A stretch of 64,000 nt of DNA from an uncultured Gemmatimonadales bacterium (GTDB taxonomy: Bacteria > Gemmatimonadota > Gemmatimonadetes > Longimicrobiales > Longimicrobiaceae), in assembly GCA_963716255.1 (NCBI GenBank), contig OY970303.1:5056001-5120000 (forward strand). Direction: 5' to 3'. Below the pieces are notes generated by a model. It saw nothing but the letters and a program-made list of their open reading frames with translations. It ran no database searches and was not told where the DNA came from. Shown in pieces: positions 17,791 through 27,452 of this stretch. Each line of letters opens with the position of its first letter. Position 1 is the first letter of the stretch. Made by a program: the position numbers and the translations under genes.

Positions 17791-18051
17791 ATGTACCAGA
17801 CCGAGCTGCCCCCCGCCGATCCGGACCACGACGACCGGAACGACCGGATCCGGACGCTCCGGCAGGCCGGCTTCCGGGTGGCCGCCGCGCCGGGGCGGAG
17901 CGATGGGCGGGACGCCGCGGAGCTGTCGCCCACCTGGAGGTGCCGAGCCTGCGGCACCGAGCGGCACTTCGCGGAGGCCGTGGCGGCAGCGGCGGCGGCG
18001 CCCTGCGCCGCCTGCGGAGGGACCGCCCTGCACGTCGCCGCGGAACGATGA
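17791..18051 (+). CDS. Small zinc-ribbon protein (CxxC...CxxC), copy 1
   Basis: WRCRACG...PCAACG; GGAG RBS; frame and cysteines conserved in copy 2. Confidence 0.75.
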   Translation: MYQTELPPADPDHDDRNDRIRTLRQAGFRVAAAPGRSDGRDAAELSPTWRCRACGTERHFAEAVAAAAAAPCAACGGTALHVAAER

Positions 18052-18082
18052 GCGCGGCATCCTCCGTCCGTTGAGCGACCCC

Positions 18083-19546
18083 ATGGAGGAGCGCGCGCGC
18101 TCCCGCCTGCTTCGGTTCGACGGCCCGATTTGGGTCGGCCGGCTGGCGCTGGGCTTCGTCATGCTCGCGCTCGCCGCGCTCTTCGTCGCCCCGCTGGCCG
18201 TGCAGAACCGCATCGCGCCGCTGCGCGAGGATGCCGAGCGCGCCGACGAGGCGCGCACGCTGGTGACGCGGGTGCAGTTCGCGCTGGCACAGCAGATGTC
18301 CGCCCTTCGCGGCGCCCTGCTCACGCCGGACCCGCGCTACCCGGGCCTGTACGCCGAGGGGCTGGCGCTCGAGCGCTCGGCCTACGCTCCCCTGGACTCC
18401 CTGGCTGGGCCTCTGCCGGAGCCGGTCCGGTCCGCGCTGGGCCGCCTGCGGACGGCTTCCGACCAGTGGCACGGCCGGCTAGACGAGCAGCTGGTCCTCC
18501 GCCGCGAGCCGGCGGCGCGTGGCGAGCTGCTCGGCCACGACCTGGAGCTGTACGAGAGCGCGCTGCGCGCGGCGCGCGACCTGGATCGTGCCGTCACCTC
18601 CGTCGCGCGCCAGCGGAGGGCCGAGATCCGCCGCGCCGAGGCGCGGGAGGACCTGGTCACGCGCGCCCTGGGGCTGGCGGCCCTGGCCGCCGCGCTGGCG
18701 GTGGGGTGGTTCGGGCACCGCATGCGGACGCTCGCCCATGAGGCGGCGGCGCACGGCGAGGCGGCGGAGCGGGCGCTGGAGGAGGCGCAGCGCGCCTCCG
18801 ACGCCCGGGAGCGGCTGATGCGCGGCGTCACGCACGACCTCAAGAACCCGCTCGGCGCGGCCGACGGCTACGGGCAGCTGCTGGAGATGGAACAGGAGGG
18901 GGAGCTGCGGCCCGGACAGCTCCGGATGGTGGAGGGGATGCGCCGCTGCATCGGCACCGCGCTCGGGCTGATCGCCGACCTCCTCGACTTCACGCGTGCC
19001 GAAGCCGGGATGCTGGAGGTAGTGCACGAGTTCACGGACTGCAAGGCGATCGCCCGCGAGACCGAGGAGCAGTACAGGGGCTCCGCCCGCGCCGCGGGCC
19101 ACGAGATCGAGCTCCGCCTCCCCGACGGTCCGCTCCCCGCGATCACCGACCACGCGCGGGTGCTGCGCATCGTCGGCAACCTGGTCTCCAACGCCATCAA
19201 GTACACGCCCCCGCCGGGGCGCGTGGTGCTGGAAGCGCAGGCCGCGGAGGGCTCGCACGTCTCGCGGGAGGGGCGCTGGATCGAGTTCCGGGTCTGCGAC
19301 ACCGGCCCGGGGATCCCCGAAGCCGAGCGCGAGCGGATCTTCGACGAGTTCCACCGGCTCCACGACGGCCAGGCGCAGCAGGGCCACGGGCTGGGGCTGG
19401 CGACCAGCCGGCGGATCGCGCTCACGCTCGGCGGCGACATCACCGTCGGCGACGCGGAGATCGGGGGGGCGGCCTTCAGCCTCTGGCTCCCGGCCCGTAA
19501 GCCGGACGCGGAGCGGCCCACCGCGGGCGGCGGCGACCGGCCGTGA
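18083..19546 (+). CDS. Membrane sensor histidine kinase with CHASE3-like helical periplasmic domain, copy 1
   Basis: Two TM helices, H-box THDLKNPLG, NLVSNAIKY, DTGPGI, GHGLGL; the start may be the TTG at 18071. Confidence 0.92.
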   Translation: MEERARSRLLRFDGPIWVGRLALGFVMLALAALFVAPLAVQNRIAPLREDAERADEARTLVTRVQFALAQQMSALRGALLTPDPRYPGLYAEGLALERSAYAPLDSLAGPLPEPVRSALGRLRTASDQWHGRLDEQLVLRREPAARGELLGHDLELYESALRAARDLDRAVTSVARQRRAEIRRAEAREDLVTRALGLAALAAALAVGWFGHRMRTLAHEAAAHGEAAERALEEAQRASDARERLMRGVTHDLKNPLGAADGYGQLLEMEQEGELRPGQLRMVEGMRRCIGTALGLIADLLDFTRAEAGMLEVVHEFTDCKAIARETEEQYRGSARAAGHEIELRLPDGPLPAITDHARVLRIVGNLVSNAIKYTPPPGRVVLEAQAAEGSHVSREGRWIEFRVCDTGPGIPEAERERIFDEFHRLHDGQAQQGHGLGLATSRRIALTLGGDITVGDAEIGGAAFSLWLPARKPDAERPTAGGGDRP

Positions 19547-19574
19547 CAAGCCGCGTCGGAGGAGCGCGGTGGGG

Positions 19575-20552
19575 CTACGCCCGGGCGACGGACGAAGGGG
19601 CGGCGTCCGTCGCCGCGCTGGGGACCACCAGGGCGTCGCAAGGCGACCCGCGCAGCACCGCCTCGGCGACGCTGCCCAGCAGCAGCCGGGGGAGCCCCGA
19701 GCGTCCGTGGGTGCCGAGCACCACCAGGTCCGCCCCCCACGTGATGGCCTCGTTGACGATCTCCCCGGCCGGGTCGCCCACGCGGACGCTTTCCCCCACC
19801 ATCAGTCCCCGTGGGGTGTGCGCGGCGACGAACGCCCGCAGCCGCGGCGCCACCGACTCCGCGAGCGAGCCGACGACGTCCGCGACGGGGCTCGGGACCC
19901 CCACGCCGATCGGGGGAACCAGCGAGGGCGCGGGCCGCACCACCAGCAGGCAGCACAGGGCGGCGGTGTCGCCGGCGCACAGCTTCAGGGCGGTCCCCAG
20001 CCCTCCCTCGTACGCCCGCCCGCTCGCTTCCGACAGGTCGGTGGCGAGGAGCACCCGGGCGCCCGGCAGCGGGCGGCTCCCGTCGCGCACCACCAGCACG
20101 GGCACCTCCGCCTGCCGCAGGAGGCGCCCGGCCGTGGAGCCGAGGAACAGCTGGCCCAGCTGGCCGTGGTGCGAGGCGCCCACCACCAGCAGGTCGGCGC
20201 CAACCTCCTCGCCGCTGCGCCGAAGTGCTTCGGCCGGGGACCCCTCCACTACGTGGCAGGTGGTGGACCCCGCGGGCCGGACGCGGGCGACCGATGCCCG
20301 CAGCCGCTCCAGCAGCCCCTTGCGCACGGCCTCCCGGCCCTCCGGGTCGGGGAAGACGGCGATGCCGCCGGGTTCGAACGGAGGCAGGGAGGCGTATCCG
20401 ACCAGCGGGTCCACCGGCTCGAAGACGTGGACGACGTGCAGGTCGGCCCCGGTCCGGTCCGCGATGCGGGCGGCGCGCACGAGCGCCGGGTCGGCCGCGG
20501 AGTCGGGGTCGGCTATCCCTGCGAGGAGGGTGCGGAGGCGCTCGGGTATCAT
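19575..20552 (-). CDS. Tandem-domain universal stress protein, copy 1
   Basis: ADLLVVGASHHG..FLGSTA and ADLVVLGTHGRSGLPRLLLGSVAE. Confidence 0.92.
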   Translation of the reverse strand: MIPERLRTLLAGIADPDSAADPALVRAARIADRTGADLHVVHVFEPVDPLVGYASLPPFEPGGIAVFPDPEGREAVRKGLLERLRASVARVRPAGSTTCHVVEGSPAEALRRSGEEVGADLLVVGASHHGQLGQLFLGSTAGRLLRQAEVPVLVVRDGSRPLPGARVLLATDLSEASGRAYEGGLGTALKLCAGDTAALCCLLVVRPAPSLVPPIGVGVPSPVADVVGSLAESVAPRLRAFVAAHTPRGLMVGESVRVGDPAGEIVNEAITWGADLVVLGTHGRSGLPRLLLGSVAEAVLRGSPCDALVVPSAATDAAPSSVARA

Positions 20553-20686
20553 GGCAGTGAACCGGGTTGAGGACACGAGGTCATGACGCAACAAGCTCCA
20601 TGCCAGCAAGTGCGGACCGGGGCGGATCCCTTCGTCGGCCATGGCGCTCCGGCCGAACCCTGGAGCGGAGTCCGGGAGGTGGCGCA

Positions 20687-22009
20687 TTGAGGGTGCGGCT
20701 GGCCGGGTGGTGGGAGGCGCTGCGGTCGAGCTACTGGTTCGTGCCGGGGGTGATGGCGCTCGGCGCGGCGGGGCTGGCGTTCGGGATGGTGGCGCTGGAC
20801 GGCAGGGTCGGGTCGGAGGCGGTGGAGAGCCTGGGGTGGATCTACACGGGCGGGCCGGAGGGCGCGCGCGGGGTGCTCTCCACCATCGCGGGCTCCATGA
20901 TCACCGTGGCGGGCGTCACCTTCTCGGTGCTGGTGGTGGCGCTCTCGCTTGCGGCGTCGCAGTTCGGGCCGCGGGTGCTGGGGAGCTTCATGCGCGACGC
21001 CGGGAACCAGTTCGTCCTGGGGGCGTTCGTCGGCACCTTCCTCTACTGCCTGCTGGTGCTGCGCACCGTGCGCGGGGGCGAGGAGGCGGGCCGCTTCGTG
21101 CCGCACCTGGCCGTCACCCTCGGGGTGGCGATGGCCGTGCTGGGGGTGGGCGTGCTGATCTACTTCGTCCACCACGCCGCGGTCTCGATCCAGGTCACGT
21201 CCGTGATCGCCGCCCTCGCCGAGGACCTCGATGCCGGGGTGGACCGGCTCTTTCCTGAGGAGGTGAAAGACGCCGCTCCCGCGGGGGCCGTACCGGGACC
21301 ATGGGGCAGCCTCGCCGCGCGGCGCGACGGCTACGTGCAGGCGATCGACTTTGAGCGCTTGGTGGAGCTCGCCGGTGACCGCTCCGCCACCCTGCGCCTG
21401 AATCCGAGCATCGGGGCTTTCGTCGCCCGCGGCGACGCGCTGGCGTGGGTTCACCCCCCCGCCGCCGCCGCGGAACTGGGCGGCCCCGTCCGCGGCGCGT
21501 TCGTGTTGGGGTCGCGCCGCATGCCGTCGCAGGACGTGGAGTTCTCCGTGCAGCAGCTCGTGGACATGGCGGTGCGCGCCCTCTCCCCCGGGATCAACGA
21601 CCCGTTCACCGCGGCGGCGTGCGTGGACCGCCTCGGCGCGGCGCTCGCGCGGGTGGCGGAGCGGCCGGGCGCGCTCGGCGTGCACCGGGACGGGGAGGGC
21701 GTGGCGCGGGTGCTGGCGGACCCCGTGAGTTTCGAGCGCCTGGCCGAGGCCGCGTTCTCCCCGATCCGGCAGTACGCGGGCGGGAGCCAGGTGGCGCTCC
21801 TCCGCCTGCTGGACGCGCTGGCGCGCATCGCCCGGCACGTGCGTGGAGAGGACCGCCGCAACACGGTCCGCGACCATGCCGCGCGCGTGCTCGCCACGGC
21901 CGAGCGGCACCTGGAGCACACCGCCGACCGCGCGGCGGTGGCGGAGAGGCACCGGGCGGTGGAGGACGCGCTGCGCGGAGGAGCCGAAGACCCGCGCGAG
22001 AGGAGGTAG
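20687..22009 (+). CDS. DUF2254 membrane protein, copy 1
   Basis: SYWFVP, LSTIAGSMITVAGVTFS, ASQFGPRVL, RALSPGINDPFTA; TTG start after GGAGGT. Confidence 0.92.
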   Translation: MRVRLAGWWEALRSSYWFVPGVMALGAAGLAFGMVALDGRVGSEAVESLGWIYTGGPEGARGVLSTIAGSMITVAGVTFSVLVVALSLAASQFGPRVLGSFMRDAGNQFVLGAFVGTFLYCLLVLRTVRGGEEAGRFVPHLAVTLGVAMAVLGVGVLIYFVHHAAVSIQVTSVIAALAEDLDAGVDRLFPEEVKDAAPAGAVPGPWGSLAARRDGYVQAIDFERLVELAGDRSATLRLNPSIGAFVARGDALAWVHPPAAAAELGGPVRGAFVLGSRRMPSQDVEFSVQQLVDMAVRALSPGINDPFTAAACVDRLGAALARVAERPGALGVHRDGEGVARVLADPVSFERLAEAAFSPIRQYAGGSQVALLRLLDALARIARHVRGEDRRNTVRDHAARVLATAERHLEHTADRAAVAERHRAVEDALRGGAEDPRERR

Positions 22010-22256
22010 CGTGGACGGCTTCCACCGGGTGAGGCGACCGGTGAGTAGGCGGCGGATCCCTTGTTCGTGGGTTGAGTTTGCATATCGTGCAAGAACCAAC
22101 ACGGGACGGCGCGAGGCCGGTGCCGCAGTGTCTTGATTCGCGTTGCCAGACTGGCGTTCGCCCCCTTCATGATTACTATTGATCGTGACGGCCGGCCACC
22201 GGAGGAGGATCGGCCGATCAAGCCGCTACAACCCGTGTCCAGGATCAGGGTGAATC

Positions 22257-22451
22257 ATGACCTTCCTTCGCGTGTCTGTCCTTGCCGCCGCACTTCTTCT
22301 CACCGGCTGCTCCGTCCCCTTTGTCCGCGGGGGCGATCCAAAGTCTGAGTGTGACAGGCTTGCTGCCCAAGCCATTCAGACCAATTCGGTGAGGGAGGCC
22401 CGCGATCTTGCCGCTCAGGCGACGGAGTGCTACGCGCGGCTTGCCCAGTAG
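22257..22451 (+). CDS. Small lipoprotein
   Basis: Signal peptide with LLTGC lipobox; two further cysteines in a helical mature part. Confidence 0.6.
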   Translation: MTFLRVSVLAAALLLTGCSVPFVRGGDPKSECDRLAAQAIQTNSVREARDLAAQATECYARLAQ

Positions 22452-22872
22452 CCGGTGATCGGAGGGGCGCCGTCCTCTCCCCCATCGTAGCGCCCGCGGA
22501 ACTGGAAGTTCGGCCGGAGCGGGTCGAGGCTCAGGCACGGATCCTCCGCGAGCTCCCTCAGTCGCCTCGCGGTCGCCTCGGCGCGCTCCTCTGCCGTGAA
22601 GGAGCCCAGGCCCGTCCGGACTCAAAGGACGGTGTCGCTGCCGAGGACGACGGAGGAGCCGGCGGGAGCAGCCGACGAGTCGGCGGAGGCGGGCGCGGGC
22701 CCGGGGATTTCTCCGCTCGCGCTGGTGGCTAACGAGAGGTGGATCCCGGCGATGACGCCCAGGCGAGAGCGGCTGCGCGTAGGAACGTGAGAGCTGGGTA
22801 CGGAGAGGTGCGACCGAAACGGGACCGCCGGGGATGTCCGTGGAGCGCAGGGCGCCGGACCGGATTGCAGGC

Positions 22873-23772
22873 TCAGGCGGGCGCGTGGTCCGCGACCGGA
22901 CCTGGACGGCTCGGCAGACCGGTGCCGCACCGCTTGCAGTAGGCCGCGTCCTCGTCGTGGCTCCCGACCCCGCAGGTGTGACAAACCCGTGGGGTGGCGG
23001 CGGGACGGGATGCGCGCTCCAGCTCCAGGGTCACGATCCCGGTGGGGACCGCGATGATCCCGTACCCAATGATCATCAACGACGCGGCGATGAACCGGCC
23101 GAGGGTCGTTTCCGGTGCGATATCGCCGTAGCCGACGGTGGTAAGCGTCACGATGGCCCAGTACACCCCCTGCGGAATGCTGGTGAAGCCCGCCTCGGCT
23201 CCCTCCACCAGGTACATGAGGGAGCCAGCCACCACGACGATGGCCAATACGGAGAAGAGGAAGACGGTGATCTTGTAGCGGCTGGCGCGTAACGCCTGCG
23301 ACAGCACGGCGGCCTCGCGGACGTACCGGGTGAGCTTGAGCACGCGGAAGATGCGAAGCACCCGCAGGATCCGCACGACCGCGAGGAACCGGCCCGCCGG
23401 GAAAACGACGCTGAGATACGTGGGAAGGATGGAGAGAAGGTCGATCAGACCATAGAAGCTCAGCGCGTACCCACGCGGCTCGCGCGAGGACCAGAGGCGA
23501 AGGCCGTACTCGACGCTGAAGAGGATGGTGAAGCCCCACTCCGCGACTCCCAGGGCGGTGCCATACCGCGAGCCCACGGACGGCACGCTGTCCAGCATCA
23601 CCACGAGCACGCTGAGCAGGATCGCGGCGATCAGGACGATGTCGAACGCCTTGCCCGCCCTCGTGTCGTGCTCGAAAATGACCCGGTGAATCGTCTCCCG
23701 GAGCGGAGGGGTGGACACAGAGTGGGGTGGTCCGGCGTACGGGAGGGGACGGGGCGGGGGATCGTTCTTCAT
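22873..23772 (-). CDS. Voltage-gated potassium channel with C-terminal Zn-ribbon
   Basis: TLTTVGYGD filter, S4 VRILRVLRIFRVLKL, tail CHTCG...CKRCG. Confidence 0.94.
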   Translation of the reverse strand: MKNDPPPRPLPYAGPPHSVSTPPLRETIHRVIFEHDTRAGKAFDIVLIAAILLSVLVVMLDSVPSVGSRYGTALGVAEWGFTILFSVEYGLRLWSSREPRGYALSFYGLIDLLSILPTYLSVVFPAGRFLAVVRILRVLRIFRVLKLTRYVREAAVLSQALRASRYKITVFLFSVLAIVVVAGSLMYLVEGAEAGFTSIPQGVYWAIVTLTTVGYGDIAPETTLGRFIAASLMIIGYGIIAVPTGIVTLELERASRPAATPRVCHTCGVGSHDEDAAYCKRCGTGLPSRPGPVADHAPA

Positions 23773-23929
23773 AGTGGGCCGTTGTCCCTGGGGTGATCGG
23801 GGAGGACCGGCGGGGCCGCTTCGAGGTGATTGTGCACGGCGGTGACCCGCAGAGCCTCACCCGAGACGAGGAAGCACCGGCGCAGGCGTCGCTCCGCCTC
23901 TCGCGCGAGCCGCGGGTCGTCGCAACGCG

Positions 23930-24142
23930 GGGCGTGAGATGGCTGGACTACGAGCAGGTTCACCACCGCCCGGGTCCCCGGCGCACCTCGCGCGAGGGCC
24001 CCGGCAGTGAGCTTTCGCGGAACGAGACGGTGCCGGCGAGCGTCGCGATCCCCCGGGAGATCTTCACGCGGAGCGATTCGTCGCGCAAGCCTTTCATCGC
24101 CGCGAGTTCCCGTGTCGGTGCCCGCCGTACTTCAACGCTCAT
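23930..24142 (-). pseudogene. Possible degraded BON-domain gene
   Basis: LRVKISRGIATLAGTV and, in another frame, GTRAVVNLLVV resemble the two ends of a BON domain. Confidence 0.4.
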
Positions 24143-24169
24143 GAAGCCGACCCGGCCAGTTGGATGTGG

Positions 24170-24495
24170 GGCCGGTCTACAACTACGCCCGGAGCTCTTG
24201 TACCCGTGTGAGGAGATGGCGCTGCCCGTCCCCTCCGGCCAGCTGGGGCAGGGGATGATCGAGGAGATGCAGCGCCGCTACGCCATGCACCCGGCGGACG
24301 CGGAGCCGAGGGTGTACTGCCGCCTGACCGCACCTGGCTGGAGCTGACGGTGCGGTTGGTCGTCCGCGACCACGGGATCCGCGAAGTCAGGACGCCATGA
24401 CGCGGGAGATCCTGCGGGCGCTGGACGAGGCAGGGACCAGGGTCGCGCGGCGACGCTCGAGGTCGTGGGCCTGCCGCCGCTGCGCCTCGGGACGA
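24170..24495 (+). pseudogene. 3' remnant of an MscS gene
   Basis: Matches about 58418-58810 (VYNY..., EEMALPVP, EMQRRYAM, PRVYCRLT), with indels. Confidence 0.82.
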
Positions 24496-24552
24496 GGGGA
24501 GCCGGCGACGGGGGAGCCGGCGACGGGGGAGCCGGCGACGGGGGAGCCGGCG
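24496..24552 (+). repeat. 15-bp tandem repeat GGGGAGCCGGCGACG, about 3.8 copies
   Basis: Three exact units plus a partial fourth, read directly. Confidence 0.9.
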
Positions 24553-24641
24553 GAGTGACCCGGGGCCGAGCGCGGCGCCGGTCGCGGACCCCCGCGGTCG
24601 TTCGTGTCCGCGCCGGGACGGCGAGGGCGGCGCCCCGGGCC

Positions 24642-27287
24642 TCAGCGGGGAGGCGGACCCTCGGGGAGCCGGAGGACGAAGGCGCTCCCCTCGGCGGGCG
24701 CGCTCCGCGCCTCGATCCCGCCTCCCAGGAGCTGGGCGAGCCGCCGCGCCACCGTGAGCCCGAGGCCGACGCCCTCCCAGGCGCGCGTGAGGCCCCGGTC
24801 CACCTGCCAGAACGGCTCGAACACCGCCTCCAGGTGCTCGGGGGCGATCCCGATCCCGGTGTCCCGCACCTCGACGGCGGCGCCCCCCGGAACCCGGTAC
24901 ACCCGGACCTCGACCCCTCCCGACTCCGTGAACTTGACCGCGTTGGAGAGCAGGGAGGCGACGATGCGCTCCACTCCGGCCGGGTCGGTGCGCACGCGCA
25001 GCGGCGCCTCCACGGCGGCGAGCCGGAACTCCAGCCCCTTGTCCCGGGCCGCCGCGGCGGCCGCGGCAGCCACCCGTTCCACCAGGGCCGCCAGGTCCGT
25101 CTCGGCCAGCTCCGGCCTCTCGCGCCCGGTCTCCAGCTGCGCCACCGTGATCATCTGCTCCACGATCTCCAGCAGGTCCGCCGCCCGCTCGCGGATCCGG
25201 CCGAGGTATCCCCTCTGGTCCTCGGTGAGCCCGGCCGCCATCTCCTGCAGCAGGGCGGCATAGCCGGTGATCGCGTTGAGCGGCGTCTTCAGCTCGTGCG
25301 AGACCACCGCGAGGAAATCCGTTTTGGCGCGGCTGCCCACCTCGCTCGCCTCGTAGAGGTGCGCGTTGTCCACGGCCAGGGCGGCCCGGCGCACCACCGC
25401 GTGCGCCACCGCCAGGTCGGCGCCCGTGTACCGGCGCCGCCCGCACGCGGCCACGAAGGTGACGAGCCCGAGCGTGCGTCCGCGCGCGACGAGGGGCACC
25501 AGCATGACCGAGCGCGGCCGCAGGCGCCGGAGGACGCGCGCGTGCTCCTGGTCGGCGGCCACCCACTCCCGGTCGGCCCGGGAAACCACCTCCGGCCGTC
25601 CGGTCCGCAGCACCCGGACGAGCGGACCGTCCGGGTCGAGAGGGACGCGGGCCGCGCGCTCGAGCAGGTATGCGTCCTCCGGCTGCCGGTGCGCGGCGGC
25701 CATCCTCGCCAGCGACCCGTCCGGCCCGAGCACGTCCACCGTGCAGGCGTCGGCGAGCGCCGGCACCGCCACCCGGGCCATCCGCCGGAGCGCGGTGGCG
25801 GAGCCCAGCGTCGAGCTCAAGACGCCCCCCGCGCGCGCGAGGAAGCGCCAGCGCCGCTCCTCCCTCCGGCGCTTCCGCTCGGCGCGGACCCGGCCGGTCA
25901 CGTCGGCCGCCATGCTGAGGACCACGCGCCGCCCGTCCGGAAGGACGCCGAGAGGCGCGGAGCAGAAGGACCAGACGCGCCACCCGCCGTCCCGGGTCCG
26001 GATGCGGTGCTCGCCCTCCTCGACGCGCGCCCGCAGCCCGTAGAGGGAGCGGATCCGGTCCCGGGCCGCATGGCTGCGGCCCCCGTAGGCGGCGTCGGTC
26101 CAGGCGGCGATGGTGGGGAGGTCGGCGAGGGTGTAGCCGCTCAGCTCGGTCCAGGCCTCGCTGAGCCGGAGCACCTCGCCGTCCTCGGCGTGCACCAGCG
26201 CGGGGAAAGGCGCGCGGGCGAGGGCGTCCAGGAGGGGCAGGTGCCATCCTCCGGGGGAGGTCCCCTCCGGGGCGGCGCTGGAAGAAGGAGCCACGGGACG
26301 TCGGGGTCGGGAGGGGTCCGGCCAGGCCCATGAGCGCGGCCCGGCTGCCTGCGCTTCCAAACTAGCGGCGCTCCGGCCCCCCGCAACGGTCGCCATCCGC
26401 GGGCGTCCGGAGCGCCGGCCCGGCTCCGGGTCTCCCGGTCCTGGATCGGCCGCGTGCCGCTCGACCACCGCGTTCACCTCCGCGCCCAGCAGCAGGACCG
26501 CGGCGGAGAGGAAGAGGTACAGCAGGAGTACGACGGCGGCGCTGACGCTGCCGTAGCTCGCCTCGTAGCGGGCGAACGTCCGCAGCCAGTACGCGAACCC
26601 CAGCGAGGCGGCCATCCAGGCCGGCACGGCCAGGACGGCGCCGGGGGTGACCAGCCGGAACCGCCGCTTCAGGTTCGGGGCGAAGTGGTAGACCAGCGCC
26701 ACCGCCACCATGAGCAGCAGGGCGGCGGCGGGCAGCCTGAGCCACGTCCATACGGTGACGAAGGCCTCGTGCAGGCCGATCCGCCCGGCGAGCCATCCCA
26801 CCACCCGCGGCCCGACCAGCATCAGGACCGCGGCTAGCATAGCCACCACGGCGAGAACGACCGTGAACACGATCGAGAGGGGATAGCGCACCCGGGGCGG
26901 GCGGTCCTCGCCGACGTCGTACGCCACGTTGAGCGCGTGCATGGTGGAGCGCACCCCCGCGGAGGCGATCCAGATCCCGAACAGGATGCCGAAGGAGAGC
27001 AAACCGCCCTCCGGCTGCCGCCGCGCGTCGGTGAGAGCCTCCACGACGGGCTCCACGACCTGCCGCGGGAGGAGGGCGGACGCGCCCGCGAGCAGGACTT
27101 CGAAGAGGCCCGGGGCCCGCAGGAAGCCCAGCAGCGCGACCAGGAAGAGGAGGAACGGGAAGAGCGCGAGGATGCCGTCGAACGCGAGCGCCGACGCGAA
27201 CGTCGTCATGTCGTCGTCGAGGAACCGCTCGACGGAGCGCCTCGCGAGCACCCGCAGCGGCAGCCCCCGGAGTCCGGGAATCCGCAT
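24642..27287 (-). CDS. YihY/BrkB membrane domain in frame with a PAS-GAF histidine kinase (fusion, or two genes with a lost stop)
   Basis: Strong RBS before ATG 27287. YihY motifs (FASALAF..ILALFPFLL, YEASYGSV..LLLYLFLSA..LLLGAEVNA) run without a stop into PAS, GAF, VSHELKTPLN and HATPase boxes. Confidence 0.8.
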   Translation of the reverse strand: MRIPGLRGLPLRVLARRSVERFLDDDMTTFASALAFDGILALFPFLLFLVALLGFLRAPGLFEVLLAGASALLPRQVVEPVVEALTDARRQPEGGLLSFGILFGIWIASAGVRSTMHALNVAYDVGEDRPPRVRYPLSIVFTVVLAVVAMLAAVLMLVGPRVVGWLAGRIGLHEAFVTVWTWLRLPAAALLLMVAVALVYHFAPNLKRRFRLVTPGAVLAVPAWMAASLGFAYWLRTFARYEASYGSVSAAVVLLLYLFLSAAVLLLGAEVNAVVERHAADPGPGDPEPGRRSGRPRMATVAGGRSAASLEAQAAGPRSWAWPDPSRPRRPVAPSSSAAPEGTSPGGWHLPLLDALARAPFPALVHAEDGEVLRLSEAWTELSGYTLADLPTIAAWTDAAYGGRSHAARDRIRSLYGLRARVEEGEHRIRTRDGGWRVWSFCSAPLGVLPDGRRVVLSMAADVTGRVRAERKRRREERRWRFLARAGGVLSSTLGSATALRRMARVAVPALADACTVDVLGPDGSLARMAAAHRQPEDAYLLERAARVPLDPDGPLVRVLRTGRPEVVSRADREWVAADQEHARVLRRLRPRSVMLVPLVARGRTLGLVTFVAACGRRRYTGADLAVAHAVVRRAALAVDNAHLYEASEVGSRAKTDFLAVVSHELKTPLNAITGYAALLQEMAAGLTEDQRGYLGRIRERAADLLEIVEQMITVAQLETGRERPELAETDLAALVERVAAAAAAAARDKGLEFRLAAVEAPLRVRTDPAGVERIVASLLSNAVKFTESGGVEVRVYRVPGGAAVEVRDTGIGIAPEHLEAVFEPFWQVDRGLTRAWEGVGLGLTVARRLAQLLGGGIEARSAPAEGSAFVLRLPEGPPPR

Positions 27288-27390
27288 GAGACTCCTCCTC
27301 GCTTCCGCGCCGAAGGCCGTGAAGGGACCGGACGCGGGGCCGCACGCCCGCGCCCCATCGCCCGTGCTCCGTGCACGGACCGGTCCGCGG

Positions 27391-27406
27391 CGGGCCGGAA
27401 CTTGCA
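27391..27406 (+). promoter_or_regulatory. Possible sigma54 promoter
   Basis: CGGGCCGGAACTTGCA (GG-N10-GC), 46 nt upstream of mscS. Confidence 0.35.
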
Positions 27407-27452
27407 CCGCCGCCCTCGCGTCCGCCCGGCAACTCCGGACCCTAGCCCCCCG

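Noticed and set aside
24496..24552. Possible CRISPR array
   Set aside because: Contiguous 15-bp units with no spacers, and no cas genes in the window.
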